Translations under genes and position numbers: made by a program
NCBI GenBank assembly: GCA_965203485.1
Contig: OZ241892.1
Span: 192,001-256,000 of the forward strand
DNA length: 64,000 nt
Direction: 5' to 3'
From: Longimicrobiales bacterium
GTDB lineage: Bacteria > Gemmatimonadota > Gemmatimonadetes > Longimicrobiales > Gaopeijiaceae
In this document: positions 40,996 to 50,042 of the stretch, piece after piece
Numbering within the stretch: position 1 is the first letter of the stretch
Layout: the number at the start of each line of letters is the position of its first letter
Notes under the pieces: model-generated
Databases searched by the model: none
The model's input: only the letters and a program-made list of their open reading frames with translations
Told to the model about the DNA's origin: nothing

Positions 40996-42536
40996 TGGCC
41001 AAGGATCGGCTTCGGGGGCTGGCCCGGCGGGCAGGGCCCGTCCTGGCCTCGGTGGAAGGGCGTCCTGGCCTCTCGCCTCTGCCGTTCGTGCTGGAGGCGA
41101 CGCAGTCGTTCCGCCGGGTCGTGTTCGAGCCGCCGGGGCTGAGCGACCGAGCCAATCTGGCGGCCTTCGCGGAGCAGGTCCGTCCCCTCGTGAGCGATGC
41201 CCGGGCGGCCTCGCCGCGACGGCGGACGGACGTCTGGAACCTGCCTGCGTGGGACCCGTGGTCGTCTGCGCCTGCGGCGTCGGCGCTTCCCCGAGAGTGG
41301 CCCGGCCTGCTGGCCCTCCTGCCGCGGTCGGCGCCGCTCACGCTGGTGATCAACGAGCCGGACGGGCTCGCGGCGGTCAACCGGAGGTTCTGGCGGCTCT
41401 TGGGCGACGCGTGGCTGGCCGCTCGCCGCCGGGGCCAGCGCGTCCACGTCTTCCTCGTTCGGGCCGAACGCGGGCTCGGCCGCCGGCTGAACGCGCCCGG
41501 ATCTCCCTTTCGCGAGCCCAGCGCGGCCTTGGGATCCCGGCCGGTCGCCGATCCGGCCGAAGTCATGGAGGTCGGCGTCGGCAGCCACTACGACTTGGCG
41601 AGCGCGTTCCCCGAGTGGCGCGGCCGGCATCTGCTGCTGGGCTGGGCTCTCTTCGGCGGCCTTCCGAGCACGTGGGCGGCGGTACGGAGCGTCGCGGAGC
41701 CGAACGCGAACCCGCCCTTCGGCCCGGCGGACGCGCTGCGCGCCTGCTTGGCCCGCGCGGACAGCCCGCTCGCGTCGGCGCCCAGGGACCGCCTCGAACG
41801 GCGAGTCCAGAAGGTGTCCCGCTACGCGTCGATCCTGAGCGCGGTGGCCCAAGGCGCCGCCAGCTGGGGCCAAGTGTCGGCGGCTCTCGGCGCCAGCGCG
41901 CCCGGCGCGGCGGGCCCGTACCTGCACCGGCTTCGGCGCTTGGGCCTGATCGACGCCGAGCGGCCCTTGGGAGCGTCTCGCTCCGGCCGGCGCACGCGCT
42001 ACCGCTTGGCCGACCCCTTCGAGGCTCTCTGGTGGTCCGCGCTGCACCCGTTGCGCTCGGCGCTCCTGACCCCGGGCGGCGCCGAACGCGCTTGGGCCGA
42101 CCGCCTGGAACCCGCCCTGCAGGCGGTTCTCGCTGCCGCCCTGCCGGCGATCTGCCGCAACTTCCTCCGCTTCGGATGCGGGGCTCTGCTGGGCGCCACG
42201 GCGCGGCGCGCAGGGCCGTTGTGGGGAGACGACTTCGACTTCCCGGCTGCCGCGACGCTCGAGAACGGCGCCGTTTGCCATGCCCACGTCCATGCGGGTC
42301 CGGGACCCGTGGAATCCTCCGCCCTTGAGGCGCTGGAAGGCGAAGTGCGCAGGTGCCCCTACGGTCGCGGCCGCCAATCCCGCTTTCGCCTTCTCGTGTC
42401 GCTCGGCGGCTTCGCGGAGCCGCTCCGCCGAGAAGCCGCCCGCAATCCCCTCGTCCGCCTAGTCGGCGCCGAAGTTCTCGGGGCGCCCCCCACCTCGGTT
42501 GCGCCGGAAGTGTTGCGCTCGACCAGGGGGGCATGA
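40983..42536 (+). CDS. degenerate archaeal-type ATPase (ATPase_2 / wHTH / DUF234-like)
   Basis: LVINEP (Walker-B-like), FGGLP, YASILSAVAQG..YLHRL wHTH, YRLADPFEALW; no intact Walker A. Confidence 0.65.
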   Translation: MIFDLAKDRLRGLARRAGPVLASVEGRPGLSPLPFVLEATQSFRRVVFEPPGLSDRANLAAFAEQVRPLVSDARAASPRRRTDVWNLPAWDPWSSAPAASALPREWPGLLALLPRSAPLTLVINEPDGLAAVNRRFWRLLGDAWLAARRRGQRVHVFLVRAERGLGRRLNAPGSPFREPSAALGSRPVADPAEVMEVGVGSHYDLASAFPEWRGRHLLLGWALFGGLPSTWAAVRSVAEPNANPPFGPADALRACLARADSPLASAPRDRLERRVQKVSRYASILSAVAQGAASWGQVSAALGASAPGAAGPYLHRLRRLGLIDAERPLGASRSGRRTRYRLADPFEALWWSALHPLRSALLTPGGAERAWADRLEPALQAVLAAALPAICRNFLRFGCGALLGATARRAGPLWGDDFDFPAAATLENGAVCHAHVHAGPGPVESSALEALEGEVRRCPYGRGRQSRFRLLVSLGGFAEPLRREAARNPLVRLVGAEVLGAPPTSVAPEVLRSTRGA

Positions 42537-42614
42537 CTCGATTCGCGCTGCTTGCAAGCCTGCCGGTCGGCGCCGGCGCCCGCTTCGCGTCCTGGACGTT
42601 GCCGATGCCCGTCG

Positions 42615-44315
42615 TCAGCCTTCCACGGCAAAGTGCGTCATCATTCCCGCGTGCAAGTGCTCCGCGATGTGGCAGTGCAGCATCCAAGCGCCCGGGTTCG
42701 ACATCTCGACGAGAATGTCCATCGTGGACCCTACCGGGACGATCGCCGTGTCCTTCCACGCGAGGTTGTCGTTGGGCACGTCGTCGCGGGCGAGGACGAC
42801 GAAGCGCTGCCCGTGCACGTGCACGGGGTGGTTCATGGGGTGAAACGAGTTGGGCGAGTTGAAGACGCGAATCTTCACTAGGTCGCCCAGCTTGAACCGC
42901 CACTGAATCTCTTCGTTCTCCCGGCCCGTCTCGGCGTCGCGAAGAATCCACTTCACCTGCGTGCCCGTCGACAGCCAGTTCATCATCGGCATGGCGTCGT
43001 TCCATTCGACGGGGGGCACGTAGAGCGTGTCCGCTTCCATCGAGCGCACGATCGGCAACGGGAGACCCTGCACGCGGACGTCTGCGACCAGGGTGTGATC
43101 GGGCGGGCGGGCCACGTGTGCGCGCAGCGGAGCGAGCTCGGCGGCGACGGCCTCGTTGCGGCGCAAGACGGCGTGCGCTTCGGCGACGGCGTCGCGGACG
43201 GGCGGGCCGGAGACTTCGACCAGTGCGAGCGTGTCCACGCGCGGATAGAACTCGCCGCGGAAGTGGTTGACGGCCTGGATCGTGTTGGCGATCGCGACGC
43301 GCCCCGCCTCGGGGAACGAGACGTCCACCACGTAGCGCTCGGCGGGAGCGACCACGACGCTCCGCACCCAGGTCTCCCTCTCGAACAGGCCCACGTCGGA
43401 CGCCACCAGCTTCACGCTCGCCGAGCCGAAGGTGACGTTGAAGGTGCGCGTGTTGGCCACGTTGGTGATGAAGAAGCGAATCACCTCGCCGGGGGCCGCG
43501 TCCAGCGAATGGCCGGTCGCGCCGTTGACCAGCATCACGTTGCCGAACCGGCCCATGAGCGCGTGCGTGGGAGCTTCCTTGCCCCACGGCGCCAACCCCT
43601 GCTCGTCCATCAGGATGTCGTCGAGCGCCAGCAGCTCGTCGCGGTGGGCCGGCCCGTAGTGCTCCGGGTCGGGCGACGAAACAAGGAGGTTGCCGTACAG
43701 GCCCAGGTCCTGCTGCACGTCCTCGCGCACGTGCGGATGATACCAGAACATGCCCGCGTCGGGGACCTTGAGTTCGTAGGTGAAGGACTCGCCGGGCTGG
43801 ATCGGCGCTTGCGTGAGGCCGGGCACGCCGTCGAAGCGGTTGTCGAGGCGAAGGCCGTGCCAGTGAACCGTCGTCGGACCCTCGATCCGGTTGGTGACCC
43901 GCACCACGACGGTCGATCCCTGCGCCGCATGGATGAAGGGGCCGGGGTGCTGGCCGTTGTATCCGTACATCGCGGCGACGTGTCCGCCCAACGCGCGGCG
44001 CACGATCGACACGTCCACGTCCAGCGTGTCGCCATGCGCCATCCGCACGACTTCGCTGGGACGCGCTTCGGGCAAGTCGGCCAAGTCGACGCCCTCTCCC
44101 GCCAGGAATGCGCCCACCGGCGGCTGCGCTCCCGCCAGTCCCGGCAACATGGGCATGTTCGGGTCCATCGGCGGCATCCTCCACCCGGTCGCGGCCGTGT
44201 CGTGCCCGGCGTGCGCTCCATGTTCCATCTGCTGGGCTGCGACGGGGAAAGGAAGCGTCCCTGCCGCGACGAGCCCTGCGCAAGCGAGCCCGCGCGTCTT
44301 CGCGCGACCTGTCAT
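42615..44315 (-). CDS. multicopper oxidase, secreted
   Basis: All four Cu motifs present: VHWHG, WYHPH, HPVHVHG, HCHIAEHLHAGM; Met/His-rich N-terminus. Confidence 0.93.
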   Translation of the reverse strand: MTGRAKTRGLACAGLVAAGTLPFPVAAQQMEHGAHAGHDTAATGWRMPPMDPNMPMLPGLAGAQPPVGAFLAGEGVDLADLPEARPSEVVRMAHGDTLDVDVSIVRRALGGHVAAMYGYNGQHPGPFIHAAQGSTVVVRVTNRIEGPTTVHWHGLRLDNRFDGVPGLTQAPIQPGESFTYELKVPDAGMFWYHPHVREDVQQDLGLYGNLLVSSPDPEHYGPAHRDELLALDDILMDEQGLAPWGKEAPTHALMGRFGNVMLVNGATGHSLDAAPGEVIRFFITNVANTRTFNVTFGSASVKLVASDVGLFERETWVRSVVVAPAERYVVDVSFPEAGRVAIANTIQAVNHFRGEFYPRVDTLALVEVSGPPVRDAVAEAHAVLRRNEAVAAELAPLRAHVARPPDHTLVADVRVQGLPLPIVRSMEADTLYVPPVEWNDAMPMMNWLSTGTQVKWILRDAETGRENEEIQWRFKLGDLVKIRVFNSPNSFHPMNHPVHVHGQRFVVLARDDVPNDNLAWKDTAIVPVGSTMDILVEMSNPGAWMLHCHIAEHLHAGMMTHFAVEG

Positions 44316-44343
44316 CGGAGTCGTGCCGTGCCTGGAGCGCGCG

Positions 44344-45012
44344 CTATTCGTAGCCGTAGGCGGCGCAGTTCTCCTGCTCGAACGCGCCGTGCCCCGCCAT
44401 CGTGTGCATCATCCCGGAACGCGACATGCCGCGAACGACGACCGGGCCCGTCCAGGCCGTGGCGCCGGGGTCGAATTCGGGCTCCAGCGTGATCACGACC
44501 AGGAACTTGTTCCATGCGACGCTGCCCTTGAAGATGCCGGGATCCTCCAACGGGCCCGCGACGGCCACTTGGTCCAGCGCCGGCGTGGCGGTCCAGACGA
44601 CGAACACGCCCTGCGGCGGCAGCCTCAGCCGCTCGAAGCGCAGCGCGAAGTCGTACTCGTAGCTTCCGTCCTCGCCCAGCGCGACGCCGAAGGGAGAAGC
44701 CGAGAAGGCGACCTCGCCGGTGCCCGTCGCTGCGGCGGTGCCCGGAACGCGCCTCGTGGAGACCATCGGAAAGCGATAGTACTCGGGCCCGCGAATGTTC
44801 GTCGCGCCGCACGGCCCCGGGACGGCCGTCGCCGCCGGTTCCGCCGCGTCGCCACCCGGCGTCGCCCCCGAAATCGCGGCGGCTCCGAAGCCCAGCGCCC
44901 CCAGCGCGACGAGCCGTCTCGCCCGGGCGCCGGCGCGCCGCCGTGCCGCACTCGTGCCGGCCGCGGCCGCAGGAAGCTCCTGCCGCGACGCCGTCTTGCC
45001 GCCGGCCGTCAA
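44344..45012 (-). CDS. exported hypothetical protein with Met/His-rich C-terminus; start uncertain
   Basis: TTG overlapping the upstream TGA; signal-like RRLVALGALGFG; GMSRSGMMHTMAGHG. Confidence 0.65.
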   Translation of the reverse strand: MTAGGKTASRQELPAAAAGTSAARRRAGARARRLVALGALGFGAAAISGATPGGDAAEPAATAVPGPCGATNIRGPEYYRFPMVSTRRVPGTAAATGTGEVAFSASPFGVALGEDGSYEYDFALRFERLRLPPQGVFVVWTATPALDQVAVAGPLEDPGIFKGSVAWNKFLVVITLEPEFDPGATAWTGPVVVRGMSRSGMMHTMAGHGAFEQENCAAYGYE

Positions 45013-46376
45013 CTGATCGGACGCCTGACCGGGCCGTTGTCCCAGTCCTGCACCGACGAGATGTTGGGCATCCCCCAGCGCTCGCCGTTCCATCCGCTGA
45101 AGCCCTCCATCTTGAAGGTCCACAGGCCAGTGGTCATGTCGCTCACCACGATCAGGCCGTCGGCGTTGCGCACGTCCACGCCGAAGGCTCCGTTGAACAT
45201 CGGGTAGCGGTCCTTGTTGGGCGGGCCGACGTACGTGTCGTAGTAGCCCACCGTGACGGGATTCTCCGGGTCCATCAGCGAGAAGACCTGCAGGCCGTCC
45301 AGGTAGCCGGACGCAAAGACGTAGGGCCAACGGACTTCGTGGTTGTGCACGAGGTTCTCCCAGTCCGCGGTCCAAGCCGAGATCGGTCGGCTGATGTTGG
45401 TCGTCTCGCCGTCGAGCGCGGGCTGGAGGTCGAAGATGCGGATCGGGGCGTACTGGTACTCGGTCTCGGCGATCACGTAGCGGCCGTCGGGGCTGGGCGT
45501 GAAGGTGTGGCCGTAGCGGACGCCGCTGATCCCCGCGAGCGAGACGCGCAGCTCCGGATTGTCCAGATCGCTCACGTCGTACACGTAGTAGCCGCCCGTG
45601 CCGCCGCCGTAGAAGCGGTCTTCTCCGGTGTCCGGATGATAGCCGACGTAGAAGTCGTGGTAGCCGCGCCCCGCGCCGCTTCCCTCGGCGGACTCCGGCA
45701 CGGGCACCTTCCCGGCCAGCGCGTTCTCCATGTCGCCCGCCACAACGCTGGCCATGTCGTAGACGTGGGCGAAGGGGCCGCGCACGGTGGCGAAGAGCAA
45801 CACGCGGCCGTCCGAATGCTTGTAGACGAAGATGTTGTGGAAGCCGCCGGGCAGACCGGGCTCGCGGATGCGCGCCACCTCGCGGACGGTGGACGGATCG
45901 GGAAGGCCGGTCACGTCGAGGACCACGGCGCCGAGGTCCGGGTTGGGGCCGCCTTGGCCGAACTGCAGGGACTGCACCACGTAGTAGCGCCCGGCCAGCT
46001 TGAAGTGCTTCACGTCCATGCCGCCGGTCCGCATGTGCAGGTCCTGGTTCTCGATCCGCCACTCGTACAGCACTTCGGGACTCTCGGGGTCGGCTATGGA
46101 CACGATGTCCAAGCCCTTGGGGCCGACGTCGCCGTACACCATGCGGCCGACGTAGGCGTAGGGCCGGTCCAGCTCCTGCTCCAGGTCCAGGTCGGAAACC
46201 GACAGCCGCGGGCCGAGCGGGGCGTGGCCGAGGACGTCCATGTTGTCGCTGCCCGGCGCCGAGGGCGTCCACTGCTGGGCGTGGGCGGCGGGGGCGGGGA
46301 GCGCGAGGAGGAGGGCGACGGCGAGCGCGGCGACGGAACGCCCGGCGCCGAGGTGACGGCAAGCGAGTACGTGCAT
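45009..46376 (-). CDS. secreted LVIVD-repeat / choice-of-anchor-B-like beta-propeller
   Basis: Signal AHA-Q; GLDIVSIADP, VLDVTGLPDP, YVYDVSDLDNP, LQVFSLMDPENP repeats. Confidence 0.8.
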   Translation of the reverse strand: MHVLACRHLGAGRSVAALAVALLLALPAPAAHAQQWTPSAPGSDNMDVLGHAPLGPRLSVSDLDLEQELDRPYAYVGRMVYGDVGPKGLDIVSIADPESPEVLYEWRIENQDLHMRTGGMDVKHFKLAGRYYVVQSLQFGQGGPNPDLGAVVLDVTGLPDPSTVREVARIREPGLPGGFHNIFVYKHSDGRVLLFATVRGPFAHVYDMASVVAGDMENALAGKVPVPESAEGSGAGRGYHDFYVGYHPDTGEDRFYGGGTGGYYVYDVSDLDNPELRVSLAGISGVRYGHTFTPSPDGRYVIAETEYQYAPIRIFDLQPALDGETTNISRPISAWTADWENLVHNHEVRWPYVFASGYLDGLQVFSLMDPENPVTVGYYDTYVGPPNKDRYPMFNGAFGVDVRNADGLIVVSDMTTGLWTFKMEGFSGWNGERWGMPNISSVQDWDNGPVRRPIS

Positions 46377-46550
46377 GGTTTGGGGCTCCTGCTGCTTGGG
46401 GACTTCGCGGCTTCGGGAGATGCTTCCTCAAGATGGCGAGTCGGCGCGTCTTCCGAAACCTTGGGTTGCCGGACAGCCGACCGGGGCGCATTCTGGGCAA
46501 CGGCGCATTCCGATTCGGGAACGACATCACTTGGCGTATGGAGGCAAACG

Positions 46551-47288
46551 ATGGACCGGACGGCAACCGGCGCTTCGGCGGAGATTCGATGCTACTCGGC
46601 AGGGCCGAAACAAGTCTACGCCACCGAGCTGGTGCGCTCCGGCGAGGCTGGGCGGCCGGGCCGCAGGTGGGTGGGACACAGCGCCGAGGGCGAGACGGCG
46701 GACACGGTCGAGGCGCTGCCGGGGGCGGGGGAACCGGGGCGTCATGTGCGAGTGGGGCGAAGGCATGATCGGCTTCTTCGAGGTTCCGTTTGGCGCGAGG
46801 CGCGTCCAGCACCCGGGCCCGGACGGCTTGCGGTACTCGGCCATGACCGACGAGTACAAGATCGTCGCGACCCGCGGAGCCGACACCGTGCGGGTGATCT
46901 AGCGCGTATTGCCCGCGGAGCAGGTGAGCGACGCGGAATGGAGCGCCGTGGAAGAGGAATGGGACCAGTGGATCGCGGAGCGTCCCGGCGCATCCTGCGA
47001 TCCTCGGCGTTCGGTCCGCCCAGTCGCAAAGCCCGTCGTGGTCGATCTCTTTTTGGGACCTCGGCGGCACGATGTTCGTCGAGGTTGAGCACGACGGCGG
47101 GAACTACTGGGAAGCCTTCGACCCCCGGCGCGCTGGTGGGCCGCCTGCCGGCGCCGCGCCGAAAAGAGGGCATCGGAACCTCGTCGCTCGTGCCCCCCGC
47201 CTTCGGAGACGATCTCGTCGCGGCGATCCGACAGGACAGCCTCGACCTGGACCACATGGACGTCTTCGGGATCGGAGGGAGACGCTGA
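46551..47288 (+). pseudogene. decayed 6-bladed beta-propeller protein
   Basis: In-frame TAG at 46900 inside DTVRVI*RVLPAEQVSDAEW; frameshifts; C-terminus DSLDLDHMDVF resembles that of 37345..38520. Confidence 0.65.
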
Positions 47289-47474
47289 CGGCCGCCGAGT
47301 CAGCGTCGACTGCGCCGCGGCCGCGTGTCCGCCCCCCGACCTCGGCCGCTCTCCTTGCAGCGTGGGCCGCTCGATCGTAGATTCCTGCATTGTGCGTGCG
47401 TCCGTGCAACTCCAACCCACTCGCTCCGGCCGTGTTCCGGCGAGATGATGGACAACCCTAACGCCGAGGCTGCA

Positions 47475-48650
47475 ATGTTCCTCCACGAGGTTATTCTCAG
47501 CAATGTTCTGTCGTTCGGTTCTGAGACTACCCTAGGGATGAAGCCCCTGAACGTCCTCGTCGGACCAAACGGCTCTGGCAAGTCTAACTTCATCGAGGCC
47601 CTTGGGTTGGTACGCGCCGCGCCAACCGACATTCGCGTACCAATCCGAGAAGGGGGAGGCATTGTGGATTGGCTGTGGAGAGGGAAGTGCCGACCCTCGT
47701 CGGCTCGCCTGGAAGTCGTGGTGGACAACCCTGGAAGGCAACAGTCGCTCCGCTATAGTCTGGAGTTTGGGGCAAGCGCCGGGCGCTTCGAGCTATTGAC
47801 CGAAAAACTCGAGAATCAACACCCATATCCTGGCAAGAACGACCCGTACATTTACCTGACCTCCACCGGCGGACGGGCCACGTTGAACTACCGTGACCCC
47901 CACAATGAGCAGCAACGTCGACAACTCCGACCGGAAGATGTCGATTTCGATCAATCCATCCTAGCGCAGAGGAAGGATCCAGATCACTATCCAGAGATCA
48001 CATACTTGGGACGCCAGCTAGGCAAGATGCGTCTGTATCGTGAGTGGACCTTTGGGCGCAACACGCCTCCGAGACTGCCGCAGAAGCCCGACCTTCCCAA
48101 CGACTTTCTCTTGGAAGACGGCAGCAATCTTGGACTCATCCTCAGCCGCTTGGCGTTGGATGTCGAGACGAAGCAAGCCGTGCTGGAGGCGTTGCATCAG
48201 CTATACGACGGCATATCTAACTTTCACGTCGTTGTCCAAAATAACGCCGCCCAGTTGTTCTTGCAGGAAGGCAACATGATGATTCCCGCGACGAGATTGT
48301 CAGACGGCACTCTGAGGTACCTGTGCTTGTTGACCGTGTTGTGCGACCCCGAGCCGCCCCCGCTAGTGTGCTTGGAGGAGCCGGAGCTGGGTCTTCACCC
48401 GGACGTGTTGCCGCAGTTGGCCGACCTTCTGCGCGACGCTTCCCGGCGATGTCAGTTGGTCGTCACCACGCATTCGGACACGTTGGTCGATGCGCTCACT
48501 GAAGACGCGGACGTGGTCGTGGTGTGCGAGAAGCATGACGGCAAGACAACTATGAAGCGGCTGGATCCGGCAAAACTGTCCGATTGGCTGAAGGAATACC
48601 GCTTGGGCCAACTGTGGAGTGCAGGAAAGATCGGGGGGAACAGATGGTGA
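47475..48650 (+). CDS. ABC-type (AAA_21 / AAA_15-like) ATPase
   Basis: GPNGSGKSN, LSDGTLR signature, CLEEPELGLHP, VVTTHS; lower GC than flanks. Confidence 0.92.
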   Translation: MFLHEVILSNVLSFGSETTLGMKPLNVLVGPNGSGKSNFIEALGLVRAAPTDIRVPIREGGGIVDWLWRGKCRPSSARLEVVVDNPGRQQSLRYSLEFGASAGRFELLTEKLENQHPYPGKNDPYIYLTSTGGRATLNYRDPHNEQQRRQLRPEDVDFDQSILAQRKDPDHYPEITYLGRQLGKMRLYREWTFGRNTPPRLPQKPDLPNDFLLEDGSNLGLILSRLALDVETKQAVLEALHQLYDGISNFHVVVQNNAAQLFLQEGNMMIPATRLSDGTLRYLCLLTVLCDPEPPPLVCLEEPELGLHPDVLPQLADLLRDASRRCQLVVTTHSDTLVDALTEDADVVVVCEKHDGKTTMKRLDPAKLSDWLKEYRLGQLWSAGKIGGNRW

Positions 48651-49249
48651 CGGTGTTTGTCGAAGGAGGAGGAGATACACGCGAACTGAAAAGCCGTTGC
48701 CGCAAAGGGTTTAGCGAGTTCTTTCGCCACGCCGGCCTTAAGAACCGAATGCCTCGCGTTGTAGCGTGCGGTGGGCGGGGCAACGCCTACGACAAATTCT
48801 GCCGTAGCTTGGACATTCCGGTGGACGGCCATGTTGCCATCCTGCTCGTCGACAGTGAGGAGCAAGTCAGCCAAGAAGTTGGGCCATGGTCCCACTTGCG
48901 AAAGCGGGATGGGTGGCAGAAGCCGCCGGGTGCCACTGACGACCAGGCGCAACTGATGGTTCAGTGCATGGAGGCGTGGTTCTTGGCGGACAGGGAATGC
49001 TTGGCGAAGGTCTTTGGCAAGGATTTTCGAGCAAAAGCGCTTCCGGGCAGTAAAGACATCGAAGGAATCGCGAAGGAAGACGTGATGGCCGGCCTCAAGA
49101 AAGCGACACGCCGTGGCGGAAAGCTGTACCACAAGGGCCGTCATTCATTCGTCTTGTTGGCGAAGATCGACCCGAAGAAGGTTGCCGACGCCTCGCCACA
49201 CGTAAAGCGACTGCTTGACTGCCTCGACCGGGTGTCGTGCGCGACGTGA
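48644..49249 (+). CDS. DUF4276-family TOPRIM-like protein
   Basis: VFVEGGGD, ACGGR, LLVDSE, MVQCMEAWFLAD, YHKG; overlaps the ATPase 3' end. Confidence 0.85.
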   Translation: MVTVFVEGGGDTRELKSRCRKGFSEFFRHAGLKNRMPRVVACGGRGNAYDKFCRSLDIPVDGHVAILLVDSEEQVSQEVGPWSHLRKRDGWQKPPGATDDQAQLMVQCMEAWFLADRECLAKVFGKDFRAKALPGSKDIEGIAKEDVMAGLKKATRRGGKLYHKGRHSFVLLAKIDPKKVADASPHVKRLLDCLDRVSCAT

Positions 49250-49261
49250 GCGTTACGCGAC

Positions 49262-49301
49262 TTGACGGATTGACACAGTAATCTGGCGGAGAATCTGTCA
49301 A
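49262..49301. terminator. hairpin between convergent DUF4276 and vapC genes
   Basis: TTGACGGATT-N20-AATCTGTCAA (one G.U pair); no U-tract. Confidence 0.35.
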
Positions 49302-49347
49302 CGACGCCTCTGCACGGCAGAAAGCGCCGGAGCCGAGATCAGGAAAG

Positions 49348-49750
49348 TTAGTTGGTGACCAAGGGCACGCCTTCTGCCGAAGCCGCACTTCGGAGTCGGT
49401 TGTCCAGGGTAGCCAGCGGGAGCCGTCGTCGGCCAGCGAGCGCCAAATAGGCGGCGTCATAGGCCGACAGCTTCCGGCGGCGCGCTACTTCCAGGATGTC
49501 CGCGTCCTCGTCGCCTTCGTCGACTGTGATCGGAAGTTGGGCCAAAAAGGCCAGCGTATCGGCTACCTCCCGGGAGTTCTATTCGCCCTCGTCGCTCGGC
49601 AACCAGCAGTGCGTTCAGCATCTCGTATCGCCATATCCTGGGAACGACAGCGCCGGTCCGCACGACTTGTCGCATCACTTCCTCGGTTTCCGGGGTGCCC
49701 TCGTCGGCCAGGACCCAGGACAGCGCGACCGAAGCGTCCAGAACGATCAA
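49348..49750 (-). pseudogene. vapC: VapC PIN-domain toxin, frameshifted near 49578
   Basis: IVLDASVALSW..EMLNAL in one frame, LSAYDAAYLALA..LATLD in another. Confidence 0.85.
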
Positions 49751-49940
49751 CGGCGACGCCCCTCGTGAATCCAGCGCACCAGTTCGGCAAGCGGAACGGT
49801 CCGCAGGCGCGCGCGCCGTGTTTCGAATCCGCCCTGCGGCTTGGGAAGCTCTCCGCCTTGCGTCGTCTTCCACGGGCACTAGCCGGGCGATGGGGCATCC
49901 GTGTCTCGTAGTCGGCACGGCTGGCCTCCTTCTGGCCGCA
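49747..49940 (-). pseudogene. Phd/YefM-type antitoxin remnant
   Basis: TTRHGCPIARLVP, then frameshift to LAELVRWIHEGRRR* whose TGA overlaps the vapC TTG; N-terminus missing. Confidence 0.72.
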
Positions 49941-50042
49941 TAAATCGACTGGTCGTTTAAGACTGGACGGTTCTGACGGTACTGGCTCCTCTCGGATTCG
50001 ATCAAGCCCGCGACCTGTGCGCCAAGGTCCCGGAACCATACC

